From IMG/VR virus record IMGVR_UViG_3300032216_000739, positions 1 to 33,648 of that record: a stretch of 33,648 bases of DNA; one strand, written 5' to 3'. Numbering within the stretch: position 1 is the stretch's first letter; each line of letters starts with the position of its first letter. The notes beneath the pieces are model-generated. The model ran no database searches. It was not told the DNA's origin and saw only the letters and a list, made by a program, of their open reading frames with translations. A program made the translations under genes and the position numbers. This document shows positions 1 to 8,964 of the stretch, in pieces. The DNA is from a virus (taxonomy: Duplodnaviria > Caudoviricetes).

Positions 1-231
1 CACTTGCGAAAGGCCGCAAGAGAAGGCGACGCCAAGGCGGCGCTAGCCATCTTGCAGAACAGACACGACTGGGTAGCCAAGCAGCAGGTGCAGGTAGATG
101 TGCGCCAGCAAATCAGCGTCTTGGCTGCGCTGGAGCAGGCGCAAGGGCGAGTGATTGAGGGGCAGTTGGAGCATCAGCCCAGCGCCAGCATCCCGCTGTC
201 TCTACAACCCGAACGCCAGGCCACCGCCTAA
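1..231 (+). CDS. terS: Terminase small subunit, C-terminal part (5'-truncated)
   Basis: Frame is open from base 1. Its TAA overlaps the terL ATG (TAATG). Position and the 'GDAKAALAILQNRHDW' segment fit TerS. Confidence 0.7.
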   Translation, partial: HLRKAAREGDAKAALAILQNRHDWVAKQQVQVDVRQQISVLAALEQAQGRVIEGQLEHQPSASIPLSLQPERQATA

Positions 232-1757
232 TGCAAAAGCCCATCTACAGTGCGGAAGACGAACAGCTACTAATGAGTCGGCTGTGGTCGGCAAACATCA
301 AGGACGATCCGGAAGCGTTCGTGCTGTTTGTGTTCCCGTGGGGGCAGCGCAATACGCCGCTGGAGCAGTTCAAAGGGCCGCGTGCATGGCAGCGCAAAGT
401 GCTGCGTCAGTTTGGCGACCACATTAAGGAGAACCGCACGGCAGAGGCGCTAAGCGTACTGCGCTTGGCAATAGCGTCGGGGCGCGGTATCGGCAAGTCG
501 GCGCTGGTGAGTTGGATCGTTATTTGGATGCTGACGACGCGCATTGGCTCAACGACCATAGTCAGCGCCAATTCCGAAGCGCAGCTACGGGCGGTGACAT
601 GGGCAGAAATTACAAAGTGGCTGGCAATGGCGCTACACAGCCATTGGTTTGAGATCAGCGCGACGCGCATCACCCCCGCGCAGTGGCTCACGGAACTGGT
701 GGAACGGGATTTGAAGAAGGGAACGCGCTACTGGGCCGCAGAAGGCAGGCTGTGGAGCGAGGAAAACCCCGACGCGTATGCCGGCGTGCATAACTACGAC
801 GGCGTGCTGGTCATATTTGATGAGGCCAGCGGTATCCCTGACCCTATTTGGGCGGTGACGGGCGGCTTTTTCACAGAAAACACGGCAAATCGCTTCTGGT
901 GCGCGTTTTCTAACCCGCGACGCAACCAAGGGTACTTCTACGAGTGCTTTAACGCCAAACGCGACTTCTGGCAGACGCAGAACATCGACGCACGCACAGT
1001 AGAGGACACCGATAAGCAAGTATATGAGCAGATCATCGCCGAATATGGCGAAGATAGCGCCCAGGCGCGGGTAGAAGTGTACGGCGAATTCCCGTCTAGC
1101 GGCGATGGGCAGTTTATTAGCCCCACAGCGGTCAATGACGCGGCAAATCGGCCCAAGTACAAGGACTCAACAGCCCCGATAGTGATGGGTATTGACCCGG
1201 CACGCGGCGGCGCGGATTCTACGGTCATTCTGGTGCGCCAAGGGCGCGATATCGTGGCGATTAAGCGGTATCACGGCGAGGACACCATGACCATTGTGGG
1301 CCGCGTAATTGAGGCGATAGAGGAGTTTAAGCCGGTGCTGACGGTGATTGATGAAGGCGGCTTGGGGTATGGCATCTTGGATCGGCTCAACGAGCAACGG
1401 TACAAAGTGCGCGGCGTGAATTTCGGCTGGAAGGCCAAAAACACTATCATGTGGGGTAACAAACGGGCAGAATTGTGGGGGGCTATGAAAGAGTGGTTGC
1501 GCTCTGCTAGTATCCCTGCTGACAAGCAGCTAAAGGCTGACTTGACCGGCCCGATGGTAAAGCCCAACTCGTCGGGAACGATCTTCCTTGAGGGGAAGAA
1601 GGAAATGAGGGCAAGGGGTCTGGCATCGCCAGATGCTGCCGATGCGCTGGCAGTTACATTTGCGTTCCCTGTCGCGCACAGGGAGTATACGGATAAACCC
1701 GCCAGGCGCATGATGTCGCAAGGCGGCTCGGTCACTAACTCTTGGATGGGGTCTTAA
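231..1757 (+). CDS. terL: Terminase large subunit
   Basis: Walker A ASGRGIGKS, Walker B VLVIFDEAS, coupling motif SNP, RNase H-like nuclease motifs MGIDPARGG and SPDAADAL. Confidence 0.95.
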   Translation: MQKPIYSAEDEQLLMSRLWSANIKDDPEAFVLFVFPWGQRNTPLEQFKGPRAWQRKVLRQFGDHIKENRTAEALSVLRLAIASGRGIGKSALVSWIVIWMLTTRIGSTTIVSANSEAQLRAVTWAEITKWLAMALHSHWFEISATRITPAQWLTELVERDLKKGTRYWAAEGRLWSEENPDAYAGVHNYDGVLVIFDEASGIPDPIWAVTGGFFTENTANRFWCAFSNPRRNQGYFYECFNAKRDFWQTQNIDARTVEDTDKQVYEQIIAEYGEDSAQARVEVYGEFPSSGDGQFISPTAVNDAANRPKYKDSTAPIVMGIDPARGGADSTVILVRQGRDIVAIKRYHGEDTMTIVGRVIEAIEEFKPVLTVIDEGGLGYGILDRLNEQRYKVRGVNFGWKAKNTIMWGNKRAELWGAMKEWLRSASIPADKQLKADLTGPMVKPNSSGTIFLEGKKEMRARGLASPDAADALAVTFAFPVAHREYTDKPARRMMSQGGSVTNSWMGS

Positions 1758-1759
1758 AC

Positions 1760-2173
1760 ATGGGCAATACGAAATCAATTGGCATTGCGTACAGCGATCA
1801 AGACCTGTACGACTGCGACCAGATTTACGTCAAGGGCGTACTCGGTTACAGCGTCGCAGGCCAAGGCACTGTTACGCAGTTGACCAGCAAATCGACCGCT
1901 GTGACGCTCAACAAGAGCGCCGGTCGTATCACCATGAACAACGCTTCGTTGGCTACGGCCACCAACGCGACGTTCACGCTGAACAACAGCTATATTAGCG
2001 CCAACGACACCGTTATTCTGACCATCTCGGGTGGTCAGGCCACGCCAGGCAGCTACAACGTGTTTGCCAACGCGCTTGCCACAGGCACGGTCAGCATCAC
2101 GCTGCGTAACATCAGCGGCGGCTCGCTGTCAGAAGCAGTGATAGTCAATTTCGCTATTATTCACTGCGAGTAA
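1760..2173 (+). CDS. Hypothetical beta-rich (Thr/Ser/Asn) protein, probably virion-associated
   Basis: ATG at 1760 just after the terL stop (preferred over 1742). Composition resembles structural beta-sandwich proteins. Confidence 0.7.
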   Translation: MGNTKSIGIAYSDQDLYDCDQIYVKGVLGYSVAGQGTVTQLTSKSTAVTLNKSAGRITMNNASLATATNATFTLNNSYISANDTVILTISGGQATPGSYNVFANALATGTVSITLRNISGGSLSEAVIVNFAIIHCE

Positions 2174-2178
2174 TTGTC

Positions 2179-2316
2179 ATGCCGCTGGTAAAGTCCAGTA
2201 GCAAGACAGCGTTTCGCGCCAACGTGAAGAAAGAAGTGGCGGCGGGAAAGCCTGCAAAGCAGGCCGTTGCCATTGCTTATTCAACTAAGCAAGCGGCAAT
2301 GAAGAAAGGCAAATGA
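2179..2316 (+). CDS. 45-aa basic protein MPLVKSSSKTAFRANVKKEVAAGKPAKQAVAIAYSTKQAAMKKGK (not in ORF track)
   Basis: Fills the gap between genes. Its TGA overlaps the portal ATG (ATGA 2313-2316). Resembles the small 'MPL..G.P.KQAVAIA' proteins of phage head operons. Confidence 0.8.
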   Translation: MPLVKSSSKTAFRANVKKEVAAGKPAKQAVAIAYSTKQAAMKKGK

Positions 2317-4415
2317 GTAAAGACGACTCGAACAAAGACTTGCTATCCACAGCACGCCATCGACTTCAGATGGCGTTGTCTGCGTTCGGAGACTCCCGCG
2401 AGGACGAGTTAGACGATTTGCGCTTTGCCGCAGGTTCGCCTGACAACCAGTGGCAATGGCCCGCCGATGTGCTTGCCACACGCGGGTCGGTGCAAGGGCA
2501 GACGATCAACGCACGCCCGTGTTTGACCATCAACAAGCTGCCTCAGCACATTAAGCAGGTCACTAACGACCAACGCCAGAACCGCCCTGCGGGCAAGATC
2601 ATTCCCGCCGACGACAAAGCCGACATCGAAGTGGCTGAAATCCTTGACGGCGTGGTGCGCCACATTGAGTACATTTCAGACGCGGATGTGGCCTATGACA
2701 CCGCGTGCGAAAACCAAGTTACTTACGGCGAAGGGTACGTCCGTATTTTGACTGAATACTGCGACGAAAATAGCTTCGACCAAGACATCCGTATTGGCCG
2801 CGTGCGTAACTCGTTTAGCGTGTACATGGATCCGCTGATGCAGGATCCGTGCGGGTCAGACGCTCAATGGGCGTTTGTGACGCAAAATATGCTCAAAGAA
2901 GAATTTGAGCGTTTGTACCCCAAAGCCAAACCTATTTCGTCGCTGCAAGCCGAAGGCGTAGGCGACAACAATTTGAGCGCGTGGATCAACGAGGACACGG
3001 TACGCATTGCCGAGTATTTCTACATAGAACACTCGCCCGCGACGCTAAACCTGTACCCAGGCGGGCAGTCAGTGTTTGCCGACGCACCGGAAGCCAAGCA
3101 GTTCAAAGCTGCGGGCATGGAACCAATTCGCACCCGCGAAGTTGACCGCAAGCAAGTCAAATGGTGCAAGATCAACGGTTATGAAGTGCTGGAATCGCAA
3201 GATTGGGCTGGCAAGTACATTCCAATTGTGCGTGTGGTCGGAAATGAGTTTGAGGTTGATGGGCGTATCCACATATCGGGGCTGGTACGCAACGCCAAAG
3301 ATGCCCAGCGTATGTACAACTATTGGGTCAGCCAAGAAGCCGAAATGCTGGCGCTGGCCCCCAAGGCTCCATTCATAGGCTACGGCGGTCAGTTTGAGGG
3401 CTACGAAGCCCAATGGAAAACCGCCAACGTCAACAACTGGCCGTACCTTGAGGTCAATCCTGACGCCACTGACGGCGCTGGCGGTATGTTGCCGCTGCCC
3501 TCTCGCGCGCAGCCTCCTATGGCCTCCAGCGGGCTTCTGCAAGCCAAAATGGGCGCGGCGGACGATATTAAGTCAACCACTGGTCAGTACGATTCAAGCC
3601 TTGGGCAGACATCTAACGAGCGTTCGGGCAAGGCTATTTTGGCCCGCGAAAAACAGACTGACACCGGCACTTATCACTATGTGGATAATCTGGCCCGTGC
3701 GGTGCGCTACGTCACCCGTCAGATTGTGGACTTGATCCCCAAGATTTACGACACCCAGCGCATTGCTCGCATCATCGGTGAAGATGGCGTGACCGACATG
3801 GCGCACATTGATCCGACTCAACAAGAGCCGGTCAAGAAAATTGTCGATCAGACCGGCAAAGTCATCCAAAAAATCTACAACCCTACCGTGGGTAAGTACG
3901 ATGTCTGCGTGACCACTGGCCCGTCTTACATGACCAAGCGGCAGGAAGCACTGGACGCTATGAGCCACTTGTTGCAAGGCAACCCCGAACTGTGGCAAGT
4001 TGCGGGCGACCTGTTTGTGAAGAACATGGATTGGCCTGGGGCGCAGGAAATGGCAAAGCGGTTTGCTAAGACCATCGACCCCAAGTTGCTTGCCGACGAC
4101 GACAAGCCGCCCGCGTTGCAAGCCGCCGAGCAGCAGATGCAGGCGATGGGGCAGGAAATGGAGCAGATGCATCAAATGCTCCAAAACGTCCACAAGTCGA
4201 TGGAAGCGCAGGAACTTCAGATCAAGAAGTACGACGCCGAAACCAAACGCATCAGCGCCACGCAGGCGGGCATGAGCGAGGAACAGATTCACGAAATCGT
4301 GATGGGGACGCTGCACGCGGCCATCACAACTGGCGACATCGTGGGGCAAATGCCCGAGCGCGCAAGCGAAGGGATGCCTACCGATATGCCACCTGACATG
4401 GGGATGATGCAATGA
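2313..4415 (+). CDS. Portal protein, P22 gp1-like
   Basis: 700 aa after terL. Motifs QW..., RPCLTINKL, KDAQRMYNYW, SGKAILAR, GKYDV.V.TGPSY.TKRQEA; Gln/Met-rich coiled-coil barrel at the C-terminus. Confidence 0.93.
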   Translation: MSKDDSNKDLLSTARHRLQMALSAFGDSREDELDDLRFAAGSPDNQWQWPADVLATRGSVQGQTINARPCLTINKLPQHIKQVTNDQRQNRPAGKIIPADDKADIEVAEILDGVVRHIEYISDADVAYDTACENQVTYGEGYVRILTEYCDENSFDQDIRIGRVRNSFSVYMDPLMQDPCGSDAQWAFVTQNMLKEEFERLYPKAKPISSLQAEGVGDNNLSAWINEDTVRIAEYFYIEHSPATLNLYPGGQSVFADAPEAKQFKAAGMEPIRTREVDRKQVKWCKINGYEVLESQDWAGKYIPIVRVVGNEFEVDGRIHISGLVRNAKDAQRMYNYWVSQEAEMLALAPKAPFIGYGGQFEGYEAQWKTANVNNWPYLEVNPDATDGAGGMLPLPSRAQPPMASSGLLQAKMGAADDIKSTTGQYDSSLGQTSNERSGKAILAREKQTDTGTYHYVDNLARAVRYVTRQIVDLIPKIYDTQRIARIIGEDGVTDMAHIDPTQQEPVKKIVDQTGKVIQKIYNPTVGKYDVCVTTGPSYMTKRQEALDAMSHLLQGNPELWQVAGDLFVKNMDWPGAQEMAKRFAKTIDPKLLADDDKPPALQAAEQQMQAMGQEMEQMHQMLQNVHKSMEAQELQIKKYDAETKRISATQAGMSEEQIHEIVMGTLHAAITTGDIVGQMPERASEGMPTDMPPDMGMMQ

Positions 4416-4774
4416 AGATGTCCGAGTTTATCGGCTGTTTGTTCCTAGCCCGCGATGTCACCCATTCGGTGCATTTGAACACCCGCAGCTACGCCAAACA
4501 CGTTGCGCTGCAAGCCTTTTACGAGGAAATCGTAGAACTGGCCGATTCGGTTGCGGAGGCGTACCAAGGTCGGCATGGACTCATTGGCCCAATTACGTTA
4601 CATTCGGCCAAGAAAACCGCTAACATCATCGAGTTCCTAGAGGATCAACTCAAGGAAATTGAGGAGTATCGGTACGATGTCGTGGATAAGTCGGATACGG
4701 CAATCCACAATTTGATCGACGAAGTGGTGGGGCTTTACCTGTCCACACTCTACAAATTGAGGTTTCTGGCATGA
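4412..4774 (+). CDS. Ferritin/Dps-like four-helix protein (DUF5856-like)
   Basis: H..HLNTRSYAKHVALQAFYEEIVELADSVAEAYQG pattern resembles the Dps metal site. ATGA-coupled to the portal. Confidence 0.7.
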   Translation: MKMSEFIGCLFLARDVTHSVHLNTRSYAKHVALQAFYEEIVELADSVAEAYQGRHGLIGPITLHSAKKTANIIEFLEDQLKEIEEYRYDVVDKSDTAIHNLIDEVVGLYLSTLYKLRFLA

Positions 4775-5067
4775 TTAAAGACGTCACATCAATGTTTGGC
4801 TACCAACAGATTGTTGGTTTGGCCACATCAACCGGCTTGACTGTCCCCCAGCGCGACACCAACGGCCTCGTGTCTAGCCCCACGGTCGCCATGATTATCC
4901 CCGAGACGCAAGCTGTGCGCTGGCGCGATGATGGCGTCGCCCCTACCGCAACGGTTGGTATGCCGCTGGCTGCTGGCGCAGTGCTGATGTATGACGGCGA
5001 TTTGAGCCGCATCCGCTTCTTCCAGCAGGCCGCAACCGCCACCCTCAACGTGAGTTACTACAAATGA
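4771..5067 (+). CDS. Hypothetical protein, probably virion-associated
   Basis: ATGA overlaps at both ends; RWRDDG.APT...GMPL motif. Confidence 0.75.
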   Translation: MIKDVTSMFGYQQIVGLATSTGLTVPQRDTNGLVSSPTVAMIIPETQAVRWRDDGVAPTATVGMPLAAGAVLMYDGDLSRIRFFQQAATATLNVSYYK

Positions 5068-5495
5068 ACCAGCTTCCAGTTGGCGCTTCCGTTACCGTTG
5101 CCAGCGGCACAATCACCACGGTTTCAAACGTCACCACGGCGGGTACGCCGCTGGCCCCTGCTACGCCTTACTTTGTCGTTTCGGCGGCAACAACCAACGG
5201 CGCGTTGATCCTTACCGGCACTTCGGGCCTGCAAGCGTTTTACGCCAACAACTTTGGCGCAACCGATGCCTTCGTCAAGCTGTACAACAAGGCCACCGCG
5301 CCCACTGTTGGTACGGACGTCCCCGAAATGACCATCAAGGTTCCGGCCACAGGTCAGGTGGAACTTACACCTGGGTTTAACGGCTACCGTTTCCCGCTGG
5401 GGCTAGGCATTGCCATTACCAACTTGGCGGCAGATGCAGACGTCACTGCGGTCGCAGCGGGTCAGGTTAAGGTCAAGTTGTCGCGCACTGTTTGA
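5064..5495 (+). CDS. Hypothetical beta-rich protein, probably virion-associated
   Basis: ATGA overlap; 'FVKLYNKATAPTVGTDVP...G.RFPLGLGIAIT' jelly-roll-like pattern. Confidence 0.75.
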   Translation: MNQLPVGASVTVASGTITTVSNVTTAGTPLAPATPYFVVSAATTNGALILTGTSGLQAFYANNFGATDAFVKLYNKATAPTVGTDVPEMTIKVPATGQVELTPGFNGYRFPLGLGIAITNLAADADVTAVAAGQVKVKLSRTV

Positions 5496-5520
5496 CGGTG
5501 CGCTGTTGATAGTGTATATC
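5492..5520 (+). promoter_or_regulatory. Possible sigma70-type promoter upstream of scaffold/capsid
   Basis: TTGACG (5492-5497), 17-nt spacer, TATATC (5515-5520). The -10 is imperfect. Confidence 0.35.
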
Positions 5521-5528
5521 TAATCGTA

Positions 5529-5563
5529 CTGGTGCGACCCACCAGGGACTCTACGGGGTCACC
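5529..5563 (+). promoter_or_regulatory. Tandem hairpins in the scaffold leader (candidate translational operator)
   Basis: CTGGTG-cgacc-CACCAG (5529-5545) and GACTC-TACG-GGGTC (5547-5560, C(UACG)G tetraloop) directly before ATG 5564. Confidence 0.55.
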
Positions 5564-6325
5564 ATGTCAGAGATTGAGCAGCAATTAGCGGATGCTCCCG
5601 CGTCGGAATCGGAAGTTACGGCAACTCCCGAAGTCGTGAATGAAACGCCGGAATCGCAGACGACCAAGACTTTCACTCAGGAAGAACTGGACGCAGCGAT
5701 CAGCAAGCGGCTTGCCCGTGAGCAGCGAAAGTGGGAAAGGATGCAGGCTCAAAAGACGGTAACCCCGTCAGCGCCCGCTGAAGTTCCGACTGCCGATCAG
5801 TTTTCGTCTACCGATGCCTATGCCGACGCATTGGCAACTCGCAAAGCCGAAGAACTGGTACAGCAGCGCGAAACCCAGCGCCAGCAAGCCGAAATCCTAG
5901 AGCAATATCACGACCGCGAAGAAAAAGCGCGGGAGAAGTACAACGACTTTGAGCAAGTCGCGTACAACCCCAGCCTTTCAATCACGACCGTGATGGCGCA
6001 GACGATTCAGGCGTCCGATGTTGGCCCCGATGTAGCGTACTACCTCGGTGCAAACCCCAAGGAAGCGGATCGTATTTCTCGTCTTGCGCCGTTCATGCAA
6101 GCCAAAGAGATTGGTAGGCTAGAGGCCAAATTGGCCGATGCCCCGCCAGTGAAACGAACAACCAGTGCGCCTGCGCCGATTGCACCTGTTACCCCTCGGG
6201 GTACGTCTGCTCCGGTTCACGACACGACTGACCCGCGCTCCATTAAGAGCATGAGTACGTCTGAGTGGATCGCCGCCGAACGTCAACGACAGATCAAGAA
6301 GCAGGAAGCGCAGCGCAACCGCTAA
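5564..6325 (+). CDS. Capsid scaffolding protein
   Basis: Directly upstream of the coat gene. Acidic N-terminus, KTFTQEELDAAISKRLARE motif, coiled coil, Pro-rich linker and short C-terminal helix. Confidence 0.85.
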   Translation: MSEIEQQLADAPASESEVTATPEVVNETPESQTTKTFTQEELDAAISKRLAREQRKWERMQAQKTVTPSAPAEVPTADQFSSTDAYADALATRKAEELVQQRETQRQQAEILEQYHDREEKAREKYNDFEQVAYNPSLSITTVMAQTIQASDVGPDVAYYLGANPKEADRISRLAPFMQAKEIGRLEAKLADAPPVKRTTSAPAPIAPVTPRGTSAPVHDTTDPRSIKSMSTSEWIAAERQRQIKKQEAQRNR

Positions 6326-6343
6326 CTTTTTTGGGAGACATTT

Positions 6344-7558
6344 GTGGCTAACTCAACTCTGACTATTGACATGATTACTCGGAAGGCTCTGGAGATTCTG
6401 GAGAACAACCTGGTAATCACCCGCAACGTGAACCGTCAGTACGACGATTCCTTTGCCAACGAAGGCGCAAAGATCGGTTCGACCCTGCGTATCCGTCTGC
6501 CGGATCGCGCTCTGGTCACTGACGGCGCTGCCCTTCAGGTGCAGGACGACAACGAGCAGTACACTTCGCTGACCGTTGGTTCGCAGAAGCACATTGGCGT
6601 GAACTTCACCACCGCCGAATTGACGATGCAGTTGGACGACTTTGCGGATCGCGTGCTGAAGCCGCGTATCAGCCAGTTGGCCTCCAGCATCGACGCTGAC
6701 GTTGCCAACGCCTACAAGAGTATCTTTGCGTCTGTGGGTACTCCTGGCACGACTCCGGCTTCTTCGTTGGTTCTGTTGCAGGGCCAGCAGAAGCTGAACG
6801 AAGCTGCCGCGCAGATGTCCCCGCGCTATGCGACCGTCAACCCTGCCGCCAACGCGGGTCTGGTCGAGAGCATGAAGGGCTTCTTCAACCCGTCCAACAC
6901 CATCAGCAGCCAGTTCCGCAATGGCTTGATGGGTGACAACGTGCTGGGTTACGACGAAATCAACATGAGCCAGTCGATTGTCCAGCACACCACTGGCACT
7001 CGCTCGGCTTCGGCTTCGTTGACCCTCAGCGCAACTGTCTCAACGCAGGGCGCTACCACGGTTGCCATCACTGGCGATACGGGTTCGGCCACGCTCAAGC
7101 AGGGCGACGTATTCACCATCGCTGGCGTGTACGCGGTCAACCCGCAGACTCGTCAGACCACCGGTTCGCTTCAGCAGTTTGTTGTGACTGCCGATGCGAC
7201 CGCATCGTCTGGCGCATGGGCTTCGGTAAGCGTGTTGCCCGCCATCTACACTTCGGCAAACGCGCTGGCGACTGTGGATTCGTTCCCGCAGTCTGGTGCG
7301 GTTGTTACGGTGCTGGGCGCGGCGTCTACCGCCTACCCGCAGAATCTGATCTACCACAAGGATGCCATCACCTTTGCGACCGCAGACCTTCTGATGCCGC
7401 AGGGCGTGGACATGGCTTCGCGTCAGGTTCACAACGGCATCTCCATGCGTATCGTGCGCCAGTACGACATCAACAACGACCGTATGCCGTGTCGTATTGA
7501 CGTTCTGTACGGCTACGGTGTGATTCGCGCACCGCAGGCTGTGCGTCTCTGGGGCTAA
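6344..7558 (+). CDS. Major capsid protein, P22 gp5-like
   Basis: GTG start with GGGAGA SD. Motifs NRQYDDSF..GAKIGSTLRIRLP, GDVFTIAGVYAVNP, RIDVLYG; strong codon bias. Confidence 0.93.
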   Translation: MANSTLTIDMITRKALEILENNLVITRNVNRQYDDSFANEGAKIGSTLRIRLPDRALVTDGAALQVQDDNEQYTSLTVGSQKHIGVNFTTAELTMQLDDFADRVLKPRISQLASSIDADVANAYKSIFASVGTPGTTPASSLVLLQGQQKLNEAAAQMSPRYATVNPAANAGLVESMKGFFNPSNTISSQFRNGLMGDNVLGYDEINMSQSIVQHTTGTRSASASLTLSATVSTQGATTVAITGDTGSATLKQGDVFTIAGVYAVNPQTRQTTGSLQQFVVTADATASSGAWASVSVLPAIYTSANALATVDSFPQSGAVVTVLGAASTAYPQNLIYHKDAITFATADLLMPQGVDMASRQVHNGISMRIVRQYDINNDRMPCRIDVLYGYGVIRAPQAVRLWG

Positions 7559-7564
7559 TCCAAT

Positions 7565-7588
7565 AGGGGGTGGCAACACCCCCTTTTT
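7565..7588 (+). terminator. Rho-independent terminator after the capsid gene
   Basis: AGGGGGTG-GCAA-CACCCCCT with GNRA loop, followed by a T-tract. Confidence 0.85.
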
Positions 7589-7612
7589 CACCATTTTTCG
7601 GGAGATATTTAC

Positions 7613-8017
7613 ATGGCACTTCCCTCAGTCGGCGGCGGCTACCAGATTGGCGACGGCAATCAGAACGAAGTTCAGATGTTTGCCGCCCCTGCGCCGGTCG
7701 CTAAGACCGTCACTACGACCCTTGTTGCGTCGGATCTTCTGACGCAGCTCATCACTTCTAACCCTGGCGCGTCTACCGCCGCAACCTATACGCTGCCCAC
7801 GGCAACGCAAATGGAAGCGGCAGTCGGCAACATGAAGCTGAACACCGGTTTCGATTTTTTCATCATCAACACCTCGGTGACTGCTGGTGAAACAACGACT
7901 TTGGCGGTCGGCACGGGCTGGACGCTGGTCGGTAGCGGTCTGATCGCTATCACCACCACTGGTCACTTCCGCGCCCGTCAGGTTGCTGTCGGTTCGTGGT
8001 CGGTGTACCGCATCTAA
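7613..8017 (+). CDS. Putative capsid decoration / minor head protein
   Basis: Follows the coat gene with a near-identical RBS leader; Thr/Ala/Gly-rich, 'YTLPTA' motif. Confidence 0.6.
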   Translation: MALPSVGGGYQIGDGNQNEVQMFAAPAPVAKTVTTTLVASDLLTQLITSNPGASTAATYTLPTATQMEAAVGNMKLNTGFDFFIINTSVTAGETTTLAVGTGWTLVGSGLIAITTTGHFRARQVAVGSWSVYRI

Positions 8018-8024
8018 AGGCTAG

Positions 8025-8044
8025 GGGGGGGCGTAAAGCCCCCC
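8025..8044 (+). terminator. GC hairpin (weak terminator or stabilising stem)
   Basis: GGGGGGC-GTAAA-GCCCCCC with no T-tract after it. Confidence 0.4.
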
Positions 8045-8052
8045 GATCCTCT

Positions 8053-8241
8053 ATGGTCATATACTTACAGCACCCGTTGCATGGCCGTAAGGTCGCAACA
8101 AGCGATTTGGAAGCCAAGGCCGACTACGCCAATGGCTGGGAACGGTTTGATCCGGTTGCCCCGCAGGACGTTGAGCCTTCCGAGCCGCCCGTACCAGTAA
8201 ACGCACTGGAACCCAAACGGCGGCGCAAGACGATTGAGTAA
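8053..8241 (+). CDS. Small hypothetical protein (MVIYLQHPLHGRKVA...)
   Basis: ATG 8053 after the hairpin is preferred over 7996; basic C-terminus KRRRK. Confidence 0.7.
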   Translation: MVIYLQHPLHGRKVATSDLEAKADYANGWERFDPVAPQDVEPSEPPVPVNALEPKRRRKTIE

Positions 8242-8253
8242 GGAGTTTGGGGT

Positions 8254-8964
8254 ATGGCAACGGCTAACGACCAGATCAATGCGGCCCTTCGACTGATCGG
8301 GGAGTTGGCAGAGGACGAAACCCCTTCCGCAGCGACATCGCAAGACGCCCTTGCAGCCATGAATCAGATGATTGATTCGTGGAATACTGAGCGTTTGGCA
8401 ACCTACTCGACGCAGGATCAAGTGTTCACTTGGCCTGCCAGCATTCGCAACCGCACCATTGGCCCGTCCGGCGATTTTGTCGGCAACCGTCCAATATTGC
8501 TTGACGATTCGACGTACTTCCGCGATCCGACAACCAACGTCAGCTACGGAATCAAAATTGTCAACCAGCAGCAGTACGATGGTATTGCGGTCAAGACGGT
8601 GACTTCGACGTATCCACAAATCATGTGGATCAACATGGACTATCCGAACATGGATATGTATGTCTATCCTGTGCCGATTCGGGCGCTGGAATGGCACTTC
8701 ATTTCCGTGGACGAACTGACGCAGCCCGCTACGCTTGCAACTTCTCTGGCGTTCCCGCCAGGCTACTTGCGAGCGTTTAAGTACAACTTGGCGTGTGAAA
8801 TTGCCGCTGAGTTTGGCGTTGAACCGTCGCCGCAAGTGCAACGCATTGCAATGGCATCCAAGCGCAACATCAAGCGGATCAACAACCCCGACGATGTGAT
8901 GGCGCTGCCGTATGCGATGGTGGGTACTCGCCAGCGGTTCAACATTTTTGCAGGCAATTTCTAA
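8254..8964 (+). CDS. Head-to-tail adaptor, P22 gp4-like
   Basis: AAGGAG SD. N-terminal TA.D.I..ALR.IG...E.P.....DAL..MN.MIDSW pattern and C-terminal YNLA.EIA.EFG; position before gp10. Confidence 0.8.
   Translation: MATANDQINAALRLIGELAEDETPSAATSQDALAAMNQMIDSWNTERLATYSTQDQVFTWPASIRNRTIGPSGDFVGNRPILLDDSTYFRDPTTNVSYGIKIVNQQQYDGIAVKTVTSTYPQIMWINMDYPNMDMYVYPVPIRALEWHFISVDELTQPATLATSLAFPPGYLRAFKYNLACEIAAEFGVEPSPQVQRIAMASKRNIKRINNPDDVMALPYAMVGTRQRFNIFAGNF

Noticed and set aside
8024-8031. G8 run as a phase-variable tract
   Set aside because: It is intergenic and forms one arm of a GC hairpin.
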